DNA of 40,472 nt from Bacteroidota bacterium (lineage in GTDB: Bacteria > Bacteroidota > Bacteroidia > Flavobacteriales > Flavobacteriaceae), in NCBI GenBank assembly GCA_039804545.1, contig JBDLVY010000044.1, positions 1 through 40,472 of the forward strand, written 5' to 3'. This document shows positions 1-9,519 of the stretch, in pieces. Each line of letters begins with the position of its first letter. Position 1 is the first letter of the stretch. Under the pieces are notes generated by a model. The model searched no databases and had not been told where the DNA came from. It saw only the letters and a program-made list of their open reading frames with translations. The position numbers were made by a program, and so were the translations under genes.

Positions 1-423
1 AAAGAATTAAAAGCTTCTATCGATCACAAAAAAGAAGTAATCTCTAGTTCTAAAGAGCGTTTAGACCAAAAATCTTCGCACTTAAAACACAAAAAAGCCG
101 AGTTGAACGATATCATGTCTGAAACCCAAAAAGAAGAAAACTTCTTAATGGAAAAATCAGCCGAATTTGAAGCTTTAATCGAAGAAAGATTGTTAGCGGC
201 ATACAAAAGAATCCGTTCTAGCGTTCGCAATGGTTTAGCAGTAGTGTCTATTGAGCGTGGTGCTTCGGCAGGTTCGTTTTTTACCATTCCACCGCAAACC
301 CAAGTGGAAATCGCAGCCCGCAAAAAAATCATCACCGATGAGCACTCAGGAAGAATCTTAGTAGATGCTTCATTGGCAGATGAAGAAAGAGAAAAAATGC
401 AAAAATTATTTGCTCACCTATAA
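1..423 (+). CDS. Coiled-coil / C4-type zinc-ribbon-like protein (DUF164-like), 5'-truncated
   Basis: Frame 1 is open from base 1 (KELKASIDHKKEV...), so it extends beyond the listed 103 start. The C-terminus 'YKRIR..RNGLAVV...IPPQ...IITDEHSGRILVD' matches the family layout. Confidence 0.8.
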   Translation, partial: KELKASIDHKKEVISSSKERLDQKSSHLKHKKAELNDIMSETQKEENFLMEKSAEFEALIEERLLAAYKRIRSSVRNGLAVVSIERGASAGSFFTIPPQTQVEIAARKKIITDEHSGRILVDASLADEEREKMQKLFAHL

Positions 424-428
424 TAATT

Positions 429-454
429 AATCCCGATTCATTCGGGATTTTTTT
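429..454 (+). terminator. Intrinsic terminator
   Basis: AATCCCGA-ttcat-TCGGGATT stem followed by a T run. Confidence 0.7.
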
Positions 455-1300
455 ATGAAGAAAATTCAATACTTCTTAATCACCAAAACGGTTGGCTTAT
501 ACCTCAACCTCATCAGCTTTTTCTCTCCAGAAAAGGCCAAACAAATCGCTTATGCCATTTTCAGCCAACCCAGAAAAGGAAAAATAAAAACCGGGCAACT
601 TCCTAAAACTTTACAAAACGCAAAACAGGAAACATTGCACTACGATGGTGAAAATTTCCAAACCTATATCTGGCAAGGTTCATCGGACATCATACTATTA
701 CTTCACGGTTGGGAAAGCAATGCCGCACGCTGGAAAAAATTATTAAACCAACTAAAACCTTTAGGCAAAACCATCATTGCCATCGATGCACCGGGTCACG
801 GATTGAGTTCGGGCAAAGAATTCAACGCACCTCGCTATGCCGAATTCATTCACGTTTTAGCCCAAAAATACAACCCAAAAACGGTTATTGGTCATTCTAT
901 CGGTGGTGCTGCAATTGCCTATTATTTGCACAAATATCCTAACGACCATATTGAGAAAATCGTACTGCTCGGCGCTCCGTCTAGCTTCAAGAAAATCAGT
1001 GACAACTTTGTCAACATCTTGAGTCTGAACAACAAAATGAAATCCCTTTTGGAAAAACATTATCAGGAGAAATTCGATATTCATATCAACGATTTTGCCG
1101 GACATTTATTTGCCCAAAACTTTTCCCAAAAAGCCATCATCGCCCATGATATTGACGACAATGTTATCCTCATAGAAGAAGGCAGAATGTACGCTTCCGC
1201 TTGGAAAAATTCAACCTACATTGAAACACAAGGCTTAGGACACAGCATGCACGACAAAGAATTGTACCAAAAAATTGCCGATTTTATTGCAGAAGCGTAA
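455..1300 (+). CDS. Alpha/beta fold hydrolase
   Basis: LLHGW oxyanion motif, GHSIG nucleophile elbow, HD..D and GLGH acid/His motifs. Confidence 0.9.
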   Translation: MKKIQYFLITKTVGLYLNLISFFSPEKAKQIAYAIFSQPRKGKIKTGQLPKTLQNAKQETLHYDGENFQTYIWQGSSDIILLLHGWESNAARWKKLLNQLKPLGKTIIAIDAPGHGLSSGKEFNAPRYAEFIHVLAQKYNPKTVIGHSIGGAAIAYYLHKYPNDHIEKIVLLGAPSSFKKISDNFVNILSLNNKMKSLLEKHYQEKFDIHINDFAGHLFAQNFSQKAIIAHDIDDNVILIEEGRMYASAWKNSTYIETQGLGHSMHDKELYQKIADFIAEA

Positions 1301-1318
1301 AGGCAAGCGCTTTCTTGT

Positions 1319-1387
1319 GGTCCCTTTTCACGCTTTTCGTTACAATATCCCGATAAATCGGGATGATTTCCACTTCAATCGGGGCTA
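1319..1387 (+). repeat. Structured intergenic repeat, copy 1 (possibly Flavo-1-type RNA motif)
   Basis: CGCTTTTCGTTACAAT...GATTTCCACTTCAATCGGGGCTA shares both arms with 7931-8031. The inner hairpin is ATCCCGATAAATCGGGAT. Confidence 0.5.
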
Positions 1388-1566
1388 ATTAGTCTTGGCC
1401 GTTTGTATCTGTCACTTTAAAAACCTGAAAATCAACCTCCCAAAAACAAGACCTTTTGGCAAAAAACATCTTTTTAGCTTTTCTGCAAAAAAAGTAGCGT
1501 CGAAAAACAAATATTTCCTATTTTTAACAAAACCATTACCCAATAACTTAGAAAATAGTACCAATC

Positions 1567-4191
1567 ATGAAGATTCTAAAAATACAAGCTTTACGCGGAC
1601 CCAATATTTGGAGTGTACAACGCAAAAAACTTATCCAAATGCGATTAGATTTGGAAGAAATGGAGCAATTTCCAACCAACAAAATTGAAGGTTTTCGCGA
1701 ACGCATAGAAGCCATGTTTCCCACCATGATTGAACACCGTTGCTCCGAAGGAACACGCGGCGGATTCTTCTCCAGAATAGAACGCGGCACATGGATGGGA
1801 CATGTTATAGAACACATCGCTTTAGAAATACAAACCCTGGCCGGAATGGAAACCGGTTTCGGAAGAACACGGGAAACCAAAACTTCGGGAATATACAATG
1901 TAGTATTCAGCTACACTGAAGAAAACGTTGGGATGTTTGCCGCCGAAAGCGCCGTAGCCATAGCCGAAGCGCTAATCGCAGGAACAGAATATGACGTTGA
2001 AGGCGATATTCAACAAATGCGTGAAATTCGCGAGCGTGTGCGTCTCGGACCTTCAACCGGAAGTATTGTAGATGAAGCCGTAGCAAGAGATATTCCTTGG
2101 ATTCGATTAGGAACGAATTCCTTAGTACAATTGGGTTATGGCGTAAACCAAATGCGTTTTCAAGCCACCATTACTTGTAAAACCAGCAGCATCGCGGTTG
2201 ATATTGCTTGTAATAAAGAACAAACCAAACGCATGCTCGACTTGGCTTCCATTCCTGTAGCGAATGGGGGTATTTGTGTTGACGAAGTAGATTTGGAAAC
2301 TACCATCAAAAAAATTGGGTACCCAATCGTAATCAAACCCTTAGATGGTAACCACGGAAAAGGAGCTTCTATCAATGTAGTCACTTGGGAAGACGCTGTA
2401 GCCGGATTAGAATACGCCCAAAAATACAGCCGAAGAGTCATTGTAGAAAAATTCATCACCGGTTTCGATTTTAGGGTTTTGGTCATTGACAACAAATTGG
2501 TCGCCGCTGCCAAAAGAGAACCTGCCCATGTTGTCGGCAACGGAAAAGACTCCATTCAAACTTTAATCGAAGAAACCAACAAAGACCCAAGACGCGGTTA
2601 CGGACATGAAAATGTATTGACCCAAATCGACGTCGACAGAGATACATTAGACTTATTAGAAAAACTAAATTACACAGTTGATTCTGTTCCAAAAAATGGC
2701 GAAATCGTATACTTAAAATCAACTGCCAATCTAAGCACCGGAGGAACTTCTATTGATGTTACCGATATGATGCATCCTGAAAATATTTTCCTTTGTGAGC
2801 GTATTTCAAGAGTAATCGGTTTAGACATTTGCGGTGTAGATATTATGGCAGAAAATTTAACCCAACCGTTAAAAGAAAACGGCGGTTGTATCTTAGAAGT
2901 CAATGCCGCACCGGGTTTCCGTATGCACTTAGCACCAAGCGAAGGTTTGCCAAGAAACGTGGCTGCACCGGTAATCGACATGTTGTATCCTCCGGGAAAA
3001 CCCAGTCGCATTCCGATTATAGCCGTAACCGGAACCAATGGCAAAACCACCACTACCCGATTGTTAGCACACATTGTAAAAAATAACGGCTACAAAGTGG
3101 GATTCACGACTTCCGACGGGATTTACATTCAAAACCATATGATGGAAAAAGGCGACACAACCGGACCGCTTTCCGCTGAATACATCTTAAAAGATCCTAC
3201 TGTAGAATTTGCCGTTTTAGAAACTGCTCGTGGCGGAATTTTACGATCAGGTTTAGGCTTTAGTCGTTGTGATATTGCCATCATTACCAACATACAGGAA
3301 GACCATTTAGGCATAGCCGACATTCACAATTTAGATGATTTGGCACGCGTAAAAGCGACTGTCGTTCGTTCGGTAAAAAAAGAGGGTTGGGCCATACTAA
3401 ACGCCGAAGACGAACAATGTTTGAAAATCGCCAACGAATTGAGTTGTAACATTGCTTATTTCAGCATGGACGAGAACAACCCAAAAGTGCAGCAATTTGC
3501 CAAAGAAGGAAAAATTGTTGCCGTTTATGAAAACGGTTATATCACTATCAAAAAAGGAGAATGGAAAATCAGAGTGGAACGTGCTACTCATGTGCCTTTA
3601 ACGTTAGGCGGTAAAGCCAAATTCATGATTGCCAATGCACTAGCGGCCACTTTAGCGAGTTATTTGTGGGGATTCAAAACAGAAGACATTAGTTTGTCAT
3701 TGCAAACCTTTATTCCGAGTGCGGCTCAAACGCCAGGACGTATGAATATTTTTGATTTCAAAAAATTCAAAGTTCTTATCGACTTTGCCCACAATCCTGC
3801 CGGATATCGTGGAGTGGAAGAATATTTATCAACGGTTGAAGCTTCCAAAAAAATCGGAATCATTGCCGGTGTAGGAGATCGTCGTGACGAAGATATCAGA
3901 GAATGTGCTACCATTGCGGCTCGAATGTTTGACCATATTATCATTCGCCAAGAAAAATACCTACGCGGAAGAACAGAAGAGGAAATCATCGGTCTAATTA
4001 TGGAAGGCATCAACGCTTCGGGTAGAAATGTTACTCACGAAATCATAGCCAAAGAAGTCGAAGCCATCAAACACGCCATCAACAGCGCACAAGATGGTAC
4101 TTTCATTACCGCTTTGAGCGACGTAGTTACCAACGCTATTGATATTGTTCAGGAATATTTGGACAAGGAAAACGAAGATGGAAATATTTAA
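1567..4191 (+). CDS. cphA: Cyanophycin synthetase (CphA1 type)
   Basis: N-terminal LRGPN, 'HRCSEG..GGF..R...GTWMGHVIEH', ATP-grasp (KPLDGNHGKG, EVNAAPG) and Mur-ligase domain (VTGTNGKTTT, ETARGG, DFAHNP); 874 aa. Confidence 0.96.
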   Translation: MKILKIQALRGPNIWSVQRKKLIQMRLDLEEMEQFPTNKIEGFRERIEAMFPTMIEHRCSEGTRGGFFSRIERGTWMGHVIEHIALEIQTLAGMETGFGRTRETKTSGIYNVVFSYTEENVGMFAAESAVAIAEALIAGTEYDVEGDIQQMREIRERVRLGPSTGSIVDEAVARDIPWIRLGTNSLVQLGYGVNQMRFQATITCKTSSIAVDIACNKEQTKRMLDLASIPVANGGICVDEVDLETTIKKIGYPIVIKPLDGNHGKGASINVVTWEDAVAGLEYAQKYSRRVIVEKFITGFDFRVLVIDNKLVAAAKREPAHVVGNGKDSIQTLIEETNKDPRRGYGHENVLTQIDVDRDTLDLLEKLNYTVDSVPKNGEIVYLKSTANLSTGGTSIDVTDMMHPENIFLCERISRVIGLDICGVDIMAENLTQPLKENGGCILEVNAAPGFRMHLAPSEGLPRNVAAPVIDMLYPPGKPSRIPIIAVTGTNGKTTTTRLLAHIVKNNGYKVGFTTSDGIYIQNHMMEKGDTTGPLSAEYILKDPTVEFAVLETARGGILRSGLGFSRCDIAIITNIQEDHLGIADIHNLDDLARVKATVVRSVKKEGWAILNAEDEQCLKIANELSCNIAYFSMDENNPKVQQFAKEGKIVAVYENGYITIKKGEWKIRVERATHVPLTLGGKAKFMIANALAATLASYLWGFKTEDISLSLQTFIPSAAQTPGRMNIFDFKKFKVLIDFAHNPAGYRGVEEYLSTVEASKKIGIIAGVGDRRDEDIRECATIAARMFDHIIIRQEKYLRGRTEEEIIGLIMEGINASGRNVTHEIIAKEVEAIKHAINSAQDGTFITALSDVVTNAIDIVQEYLDKENEDGNI

Positions 4192-4207
4192 ATTAAAGTT
4201 TCAATAT

Positions 4208-4241
4208 AAATCCCAAATCCCATCCGGTTTTTGGGATTTTT
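4208..4241 (+). terminator. Intrinsic terminator after cphA
   Basis: AAATCCCAAA...TTTGGGATTT stem plus T tail. Confidence 0.6.
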
Positions 4242-4253
4242 AAAATCATAAAA

Positions 4254-4778
4254 ATGTTTAATAGAATTTTTGTTACGGTTTATGGTTGCTTGTTATTTTC
4301 ATTTTTGGGTCAAGCCCAACAGTCAGTCATTCCTCCTAAAAACAAAGCCATAGTAGACAGCATTATCAAATATGGCCCAACCATTTCACCGACTTATGAA
4401 AAGGCAGTTTGTACCGAAATGGTGATCCAATTATTAGAGAAATTTCAACCTTTGACCAAAACTGATAAAACTCGTTTAAGAATTATTACTAATAAAGATG
4501 TTTACAGTTTATTAAAACAAAACTCTCCTATACCGAAAGGGGTTTACTATGCCTTGACTGCCAAAGGAATCGGAAAACCCATAGACGATGTTAAGAGTGT
4601 TCTACCTGGTGATTTTGTGCAGTTTTGGACCGAAACTTGGGGACATTGCGGCATTGTAAAAGAAATTAATCCCGAGACTAAAAAAATGGTTTTATACTCC
4701 TCTTTTCCAAGTACCAATGGCTATGGTATTCAAACTTTTACTATTCCCAACTATTGTTATTTTGTCCGATTAAAATAA
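4254..4778 (+). CDS. Secreted hypothetical protein, possible NlpC/P60/CHAP-like Cys-His fold
   Basis: Signal-peptide-like N-terminus; 'AVCTEMV' followed by 'PGDFVQFW...GHCGIV'. Confidence 0.55.
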   Translation: MFNRIFVTVYGCLLFSFLGQAQQSVIPPKNKAIVDSIIKYGPTISPTYEKAVCTEMVIQLLEKFQPLTKTDKTRLRIITNKDVYSLLKQNSPIPKGVYYALTAKGIGKPIDDVKSVLPGDFVQFWTETWGHCGIVKEINPETKKMVLYSSFPSTNGYGIQTFTIPNYCYFVRLK

Positions 4779-4810
4779 TAGAGACTTTAAGAAAATAAGT
4801 TTAATTAAAA

Positions 4811-5269
4811 ATGAACGATCAAATCGACACTTGGCTCATCAACAACCGTATCAATATCTATTTACTCAATGCGATTGATGAAAATTATCTGACTGATATT
4901 TCGGCTTCCAAAGGACGAAAAGTAAGTGAGCAATTTGCCCACCTGCACAATGTTAGAATGATGTGGCTCAAAGCCTCAGCGCCCGAATTATTAGAAGGTT
5001 TGCATAAAATTGACAAAGAAATAGCAAATAACAAAACGGTTTTGGTTACTGAACTAAATAAAAGTGCTGAAGCGATGGCCAAACTTCTGGAAAAAGGTTT
5101 TGCCGAAAACAAAATCAAAGGTTTCAAACCAAATCCTGCCGCATTCTTAGGCTATTTGATTTCTCATGAAAGCCACCATCGAGGACAAATTGTATTAACA
5201 CTCAAACAAGCCGGACATCCCATCGACCCAAAAACACAATATGGTTTGTGGGAATGGGGAAGCCGATAA
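4811..5269 (+). CDS. DinB family protein
   Basis: His triad 'FAHLHNVR' and 'HESHHRGQI'. Confidence 0.88.
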   Translation: MNDQIDTWLINNRINIYLLNAIDENYLTDISASKGRKVSEQFAHLHNVRMMWLKASAPELLEGLHKIDKEIANNKTVLVTELNKSAEAMAKLLEKGFAENKIKGFKPNPAAFLGYLISHESHHRGQIVLTLKQAGHPIDPKTQYGLWEWGSR

Positions 5270-5279
5270 TTTTACTGCT

Positions 5280-5741
5280 ATGACAACATTACAAAAATTG
5301 CTTCAACAAATTGAAAGCCACATTCCCCATCAAGAAAAAATAAACCCTGCAATTTCACAAGCTACCGTTGGTTGGCAATTAGACCATTGTTTATTAGTCA
5401 TCAATGGCGTTATAGCCCAATTGAAAAGCTCCAATCCTGACAATTATAAATGGAAATTCAAATGGATTCGGTTCTATTTTCAAATCACAAAAAAAATCCC
5501 AAGAGGCAAAGTCAGAGCACCAAAAACTGTAAACCCACTTGAAGTTGCGTCAATGGAAAACTTAAAAACCAAACTCGAACAAGCCAAAAAAAATATTGCC
5601 GAAATGCAAAACCTTCCTTCCAACAGTTATTTTACCCATCCGTTTTTTGGCGATTTGAATTTGAAATCTTCCCTATGGTTTCTGAAATTGCATACGAATC
5701 ACCATTTAAAAATCGTTATCGACATCATAAACAAAGGCTAA
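5280..5741 (+). CDS. DinB-like / DUF1569-type protein
   Basis: 'VGWQLDH', 'HPFFG.L', 'HTNHHL'. The ATG at 5280 is preferred over 5241, which overlaps the upstream gene. Confidence 0.75.
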   Translation: MTTLQKLLQQIESHIPHQEKINPAISQATVGWQLDHCLLVINGVIAQLKSSNPDNYKWKFKWIRFYFQITKKIPRGKVRAPKTVNPLEVASMENLKTKLEQAKKNIAEMQNLPSNSYFTHPFFGDLNLKSSLWFLKLHTNHHLKIVIDIINKG

Positions 5742-5798
5742 TAGTCAAAAAAGATTGTCCTTTTTTTATACATTTACGCCAACAAAAAACTTCACTTC

Positions 5799-7931
5799 AT
5801 GAACAAAAAGATTATACTTTTCGTTAGCTTATTCTTGGCTTTAACCACACAAGCCCAATTAAAAAAATTAACGTTAGAGGAATCGGTTTTACAACAAGGC
5901 CGTGCTTTCAGAGCCGATGGTTTGACCGGTTTCCAATGGATTCCCAACACCAACAAATACGTATTTTATACTGATACGTGGACCAAAATGAAATCAGCTT
6001 CCGCAACCAATGACGCTGCTACAGAATTGGTAACATTAGCAGATATCAATACCGCTTTGGGCACCAAACTCAAAAACTTCTTTGGTTTGCAATGGATGGA
6101 TGCCAATACTTTTATGGTAACTGAAAACGGGAAATATTACAGTTATAACTTGGTTACCAAAACCGGGAAACAAACCCAACAAACACCAGAAACAGCCGAA
6201 AACAATACATTCGATAGCAATAAAGTCAACTTGGCTTTTACGGTAGAAAACAATTTGTTTTTTCTGAACAGTAAAGGTGAAAAAATAACTGTAACCAATG
6301 AAACCAACAAAGGAATCGTATCGGGACAATCTATCGCTCGAAATGAATTCGGAATTGGCAACGGTATTTTTTGGTCGCCAAAAACTTCTTATTTGGCTTT
6401 CTACCAAAAAGACGAAACCGAAGTAGCCGATTATCCTTTATTAGACATTACTGAAACTCCTGGAAAATTGGTCAACATCAAATACCCGATGATTGGTCAA
6501 AAAAGTGAAAAACCACGCGTTGGGATTTACCATTTGGCCACCCAAAAAACCGTTTTCATCACACCAAGAGGAAACCAAGACGACTATTTAACCAACTTAT
6601 CTTGGACACCCGACGAAAAATACGTGTTGATAGCCGAATTAAATCGCGGTCAGAATGATATGAGTTTGAACCTATATGATGCCAATACAGGCGCTTTCAT
6701 CAGAACCATTTTAAACGAAAAAAATCCACGTTGGGTTGAACCCGAACACGATGCTTTCTTCCCGAATGCGAAATCAAATAACTTCGTTTGGTTTAGCGAA
6801 AAAGACGGTTTTCCTAATATGTACTACTACTCTATCGAAGGAAAATTAATCAAACAGCTAACTAATAACCCATTTGTAGTACGTGACATTATCAGTGCCA
6901 ATGCAGCCGGAACCGAAATTTATTTCAAAGCGACCGGTCCAAATCCAACCAATATGTTGGTTTACAAAGTGGATTTAAAAGGCAAACAAACCCTAATCAC
7001 CAAAGACCAAGGTGTACACAATGTGATACCGAATGCCGATGGGAATTGGTTTTTTGACGAATTCTCCAATCACGATACGCCTTCAAAATCGTTGATGTAT
7101 GACAAAGGTTTGAAAGCCAAAACACTATTGGTGAGCAAAAACAAATATGAAGGTTACGAAATCGGTACTGCCGAAATCAAAACCATCAAAGCTGCCGACG
7201 GAACAACCGATTTGTACACGCGTTTGATTAAGCCGAGTAACTTTGACCCTAACAAAAAATATCCTGTTTTGGTTTATGTTTATGGCGGACCTCATGCACA
7301 AATGATAACCAATTCCTATTTAGACGGCGCCAATTTGTGGATGTATTGGATGGCAGAACAAGGCTATTTGGTTTTTACCGTTGACAACAGAGGTTCTGAC
7401 AATCGCGGTTTTGCTTTTGAAAGCATCATTCACGGCAACTTAGCCGTAAACGAAATGGACGACCAATTAAAAGGTGTCGATTATTTAAAATCATTGCCTT
7501 ATGTTGACGGCAATCGATTGGCAGTTCACGGTTGGAGCTACGGCGGATTCATGACCACTTCTTTGATGTTACGCAAAGCCGATACGTTTAAAGTAGGCGT
7601 TGCCGGCGGACCGGTAATCGATTGGAAATGGTATGAAGTGATGTATGGCGAACGCTATATGGACACACCAACAGAAAACCCTAAAGGTTTTGAAGAAACT
7701 ACCGTTTACAATTACGTGAAAAACCTAAAAGGCAAACTGCTTTTAATTCACGGAACCAACGATGATGTGGTAGTAGAACAACACAATTTGTCTTTGGTCA
7801 AAAAGTTCGTTGAAGCCGGAAAACAAGTCGATTATTTCCCTTACCCAATGCACAAACACAACGTAACCGGCAAAGACCGCGTGCACTTGATTCAAAAAGT
7901 TTTGAACTATGTGATGGATAATAATAAGTAG
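5799..7931 (+). CDS. S9B dipeptidyl-peptidase IV family peptidase
   Basis: Signal peptide, beta-propeller region, YGGP, GWSYGG nucleophile, HGTNDDVV Asp and HKH His. Confidence 0.93.
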   Translation: MNKKIILFVSLFLALTTQAQLKKLTLEESVLQQGRAFRADGLTGFQWIPNTNKYVFYTDTWTKMKSASATNDAATELVTLADINTALGTKLKNFFGLQWMDANTFMVTENGKYYSYNLVTKTGKQTQQTPETAENNTFDSNKVNLAFTVENNLFFLNSKGEKITVTNETNKGIVSGQSIARNEFGIGNGIFWSPKTSYLAFYQKDETEVADYPLLDITETPGKLVNIKYPMIGQKSEKPRVGIYHLATQKTVFITPRGNQDDYLTNLSWTPDEKYVLIAELNRGQNDMSLNLYDANTGAFIRTILNEKNPRWVEPEHDAFFPNAKSNNFVWFSEKDGFPNMYYYSIEGKLIKQLTNNPFVVRDIISANAAGTEIYFKATGPNPTNMLVYKVDLKGKQTLITKDQGVHNVIPNADGNWFFDEFSNHDTPSKSLMYDKGLKAKTLLVSKNKYEGYEIGTAEIKTIKAADGTTDLYTRLIKPSNFDPNKKYPVLVYVYGGPHAQMITNSYLDGANLWMYWMAEQGYLVFTVDNRGSDNRGFAFESIIHGNLAVNEMDDQLKGVDYLKSLPYVDGNRLAVHGWSYGGFMTTSLMLRKADTFKVGVAGGPVIDWKWYEVMYGERYMDTPTENPKGFEETTVYNYVKNLKGKLLLIHGTNDDVVVEQHNLSLVKKFVEAGKQVDYFPYPMHKHNVTGKDRVHLIQKVLNYVMDNNK

Positions 7932-8031
7932 GAGCTAATCCCGCTTTCCGCTATATCTTTTTCGTCAGTTCGAGTGCGGAGACAACCGCGTATCGAGAAC
8001 ACGAAAAAGGATGCCGCTCTAATCGGGGCTA
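7931..8031 (+). repeat. Structured intergenic repeat, copy 2, with a nested REP-like palindrome
   Basis: GGAGCTAATCCCGCTTTCCGCTATATCTTTTTCGT...ACGAAAAAGGATGCCGCTCTAATCGGGGCTA. The loop holds GTCAGTTCGAGTGCGG...CCGCGTATCGAGAAC (7964-8000). Confidence 0.55.
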
Positions 8032-8077
8032 AAAAAAATCCCAAAATCCAATACATTCATTGGATTTTGGGATTTCT
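8031..8077. terminator. Terminator between convergent genes
   Basis: Perfect 17-bp stem AAATCCCAAAATCCAAT/ATTGGATTTTGGGATTT with an A run on the left. Confidence 0.8.
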
Positions 8078-8095
8078 CTTTTAAAAAGTATACTG

Positions 8096-9355
8096 TTAGG
8101 TTTTCTGCGGTTTCTTTCTGGCTGCCGGAAATAACACATTGTTCAATATCAATCGGAATCCCGGAGAGTTTGGATGCAAATCGAGAACCGTTGGCTCATC
8201 ACCTACTCTATGTTGGTAATCTTCCGGATCGTGACCGCCGTAGAAAGTAAAAAAACCTTTTCCTTTTTGTCCGTGTATGTAACGCGCTTCATCATTCAAT
8301 TCGCTTTTACCCAAAGTCAATACATTGGATTTGATCAAACTGCTGTCAAACGAAGTCGTTTGTCCCATAAAACCTTTCACCAATTGGGTATGGTTTTGAC
8401 ACAACATACTCGGAATCACATCCCATTTGGCAGAAAATTCCATTAAGGTGAAATAATCTTTTTCAAACGGAATTCGGCGTTTTTCTGTCATATCAATATC
8501 TGAGAACTCATAGTGTTCCGGTTTTCGGTCTAAAATAAAATTCTTGAAGGCAAACGTTTTGTTGTAATCAATGAGCGATTGGTAATTGGCATCGCTGTTA
8601 TCGCCGTCAAACATAGGTTCGCAAATATCAACGCCATCGGCAGCAAGTGCAATATCAAAACTATCGGTGGCCGAACACATGGCAAACATAAAACCGCCGC
8701 CGATTACAAAATCGCGTATTTTTTTGGCCACAGCCAATTTCTCATTGGACACTTTGGAATATCCTAACTTGGCTGCCAAAGCTTCGGCTTCTTTCTTTTG
8801 TTCTATATACCAAGGCGCATTTCGATAAGCACCGTAAAATTTACCGTATTGACCGGTGAAATCTTCGTGGTGCAAGTGGAGCCAATCGTATAGAATTAAT
8901 TGGTCGCTTAAGACTTCTTCGTCATAAACCACTTTAAACGGAATTTCGGCATAGGTCAACACCATTGTTACCGCATCGTCCCAAGGTTGTTTTCCCGGTG
9001 GCGAATAGACTGCAATTTTGGGTGCTTTTTCTAAGACTACGGTTTCCATATTTTGAGACGGACTAGAAATATCGGCTAAAATCGATTGCATTTCCCCATC
9101 GGATAAGACTTCAAAACTTACGCCTCGAATTTGACATTCTTTGCGAATTTCAGCCACATCTGGCAATAAAAAAGAACCACCGCGGTAGTTCAATAACCAA
9201 CTCGCTTTGTATTGTTTGTCTAAAGCCCAATAGGTAATTCCATAGGCTTTAAGATGGTTTTTTTGGGACACTTCATCCATGGGCAACAATAAAAAATTGG
9301 CCTTTACAGAAAAGCAAAACAGCAGGAAGAAAATATAGAGTGACTTTTTAAACAT
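8096..9355 (-). CDS. Conserved secreted Bacteroidota protein with a class I glutamine-amidotransferase-like fold (family often labelled 'asparagine synthetase B')
   Basis: Signal-like N-terminus; 'IRDFVIGGGFMFAMCSA' nucleophile elbow; WLHLHHEDFTGQ; GGHDPEDY. Confidence 0.65.
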   Translation of the reverse strand: MFKKSLYIFFLLFCFSVKANFLLLPMDEVSQKNHLKAYGITYWALDKQYKASWLLNYRGGSFLLPDVAEIRKECQIRGVSFEVLSDGEMQSILADISSPSQNMETVVLEKAPKIAVYSPPGKQPWDDAVTMVLTYAEIPFKVVYDEEVLSDQLILYDWLHLHHEDFTGQYGKFYGAYRNAPWYIEQKKEAEALAAKLGYSKVSNEKLAVAKKIRDFVIGGGFMFAMCSATDSFDIALAADGVDICEPMFDGDNSDANYQSLIDYNKTFAFKNFILDRKPEHYEFSDIDMTEKRRIPFEKDYFTLMEFSAKWDVIPSMLCQNHTQLVKGFMGQTTSFDSSLIKSNVLTLGKSELNDEARYIHGQKGKGFFTFYGGHDPEDYQHRVGDEPTVLDLHPNSPGFRLILNNVLFPAARKKPQKT

Positions 9356-9484
9356 TTACAGCAATATTTTACCCAAAGATAATAGATTTAGTGTGAAAAT
9401 TGAAATTAAAAGGAGACTGCCAGTGGTAGTCAGGTATCTTTTTATTTACTGTAAAAATAACAGTTTTAATGTGAAGTAAATCAT

Positions 9485-9511
9485 AAAAAAATCCCGAGAT
9501 TAATCGGGATT
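9485..9511 (-). terminator. Terminator of dnaB
   Basis: AATCCCGA/TCGGGATT stem with an A run on the + strand (U tail on the - strand). Confidence 0.7.
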
Positions 9512-9519
9512 CTATTTTA

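Noticed and set aside
1395-1688. 97 aa ORF upstream of and overlapping cphA, considered as a cphB remnant
   Set aside because: No cyanophycinase motif; it spans promoter DNA and another frame of cphA
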